Shown here in pieces: positions 38,928 to 38,973 of a stretch of DNA of 38,973 nucleotides. The translations under genes and the position numbers were made by a program. The notes under the pieces were generated by a model that did not search any database, was not told the DNA's origin, and worked only from the letters and a program-made list of their open reading frames with translations. The DNA is taken from the NCBI GenBank assembly GCA_964632315.1, contig CAZWEM010000047.1, forward strand, positions 1 through 38,973. Reading direction: 5' to 3'. The number at the start of each line of letters is the position of its first letter. Position 1 is the stretch's first letter. The stretch comes from an uncultured archaeon (GTDB lineage Archaea > Asgardarchaeota > Lokiarchaeia > Sigyniarchaeales > SOKP01).

Positions 38928-38973
<46 letters not shown>

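Overview
AT-rich archaeal chromosomal segment, most consistent with an Asgard (Lokiarchaeia-like) genome; this is inferred from gene content and protein styles, not from a search. Housekeeping genes: scpA/scpB, valS, tRNA-Ala(CGC), coaBC, top6B/top6A, pyrE, gins23, mcm, aor, a Zn-dependent dehydrogenase, an HDAC-family deacetylase, a glycyl-radical enzyme and a MoxR-VWA-SWIM cluster. The main discovery is that top6B appears to be interrupted by a 29-nt mRNA intron (22501-22529). The intron folds into a relaxed bulge-helix-bulge/loop splicing-endonuclease substrate, and removing it at the canonical cut sites restores the missing conserved Top6B N-terminus in frame. The tRNA-Ala carries a 30-nt intron at a non-canonical D-arm position with similar junction sequences. 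Also absent from the ORF track: a 37-aa putative secreted peptide gene divergent from a giant multi-Lrp/AsnC-like protein; a dpnA-type methyltransferase whose middle has been replaced by a ~1.8-kb cassette carrying dam; an EndoQ/PHP remnant reduced to its two ends; and a GT2 glycosyltransferase with two in-frame TAA stops. The window ends in a poly-G run that is probably an artefact.
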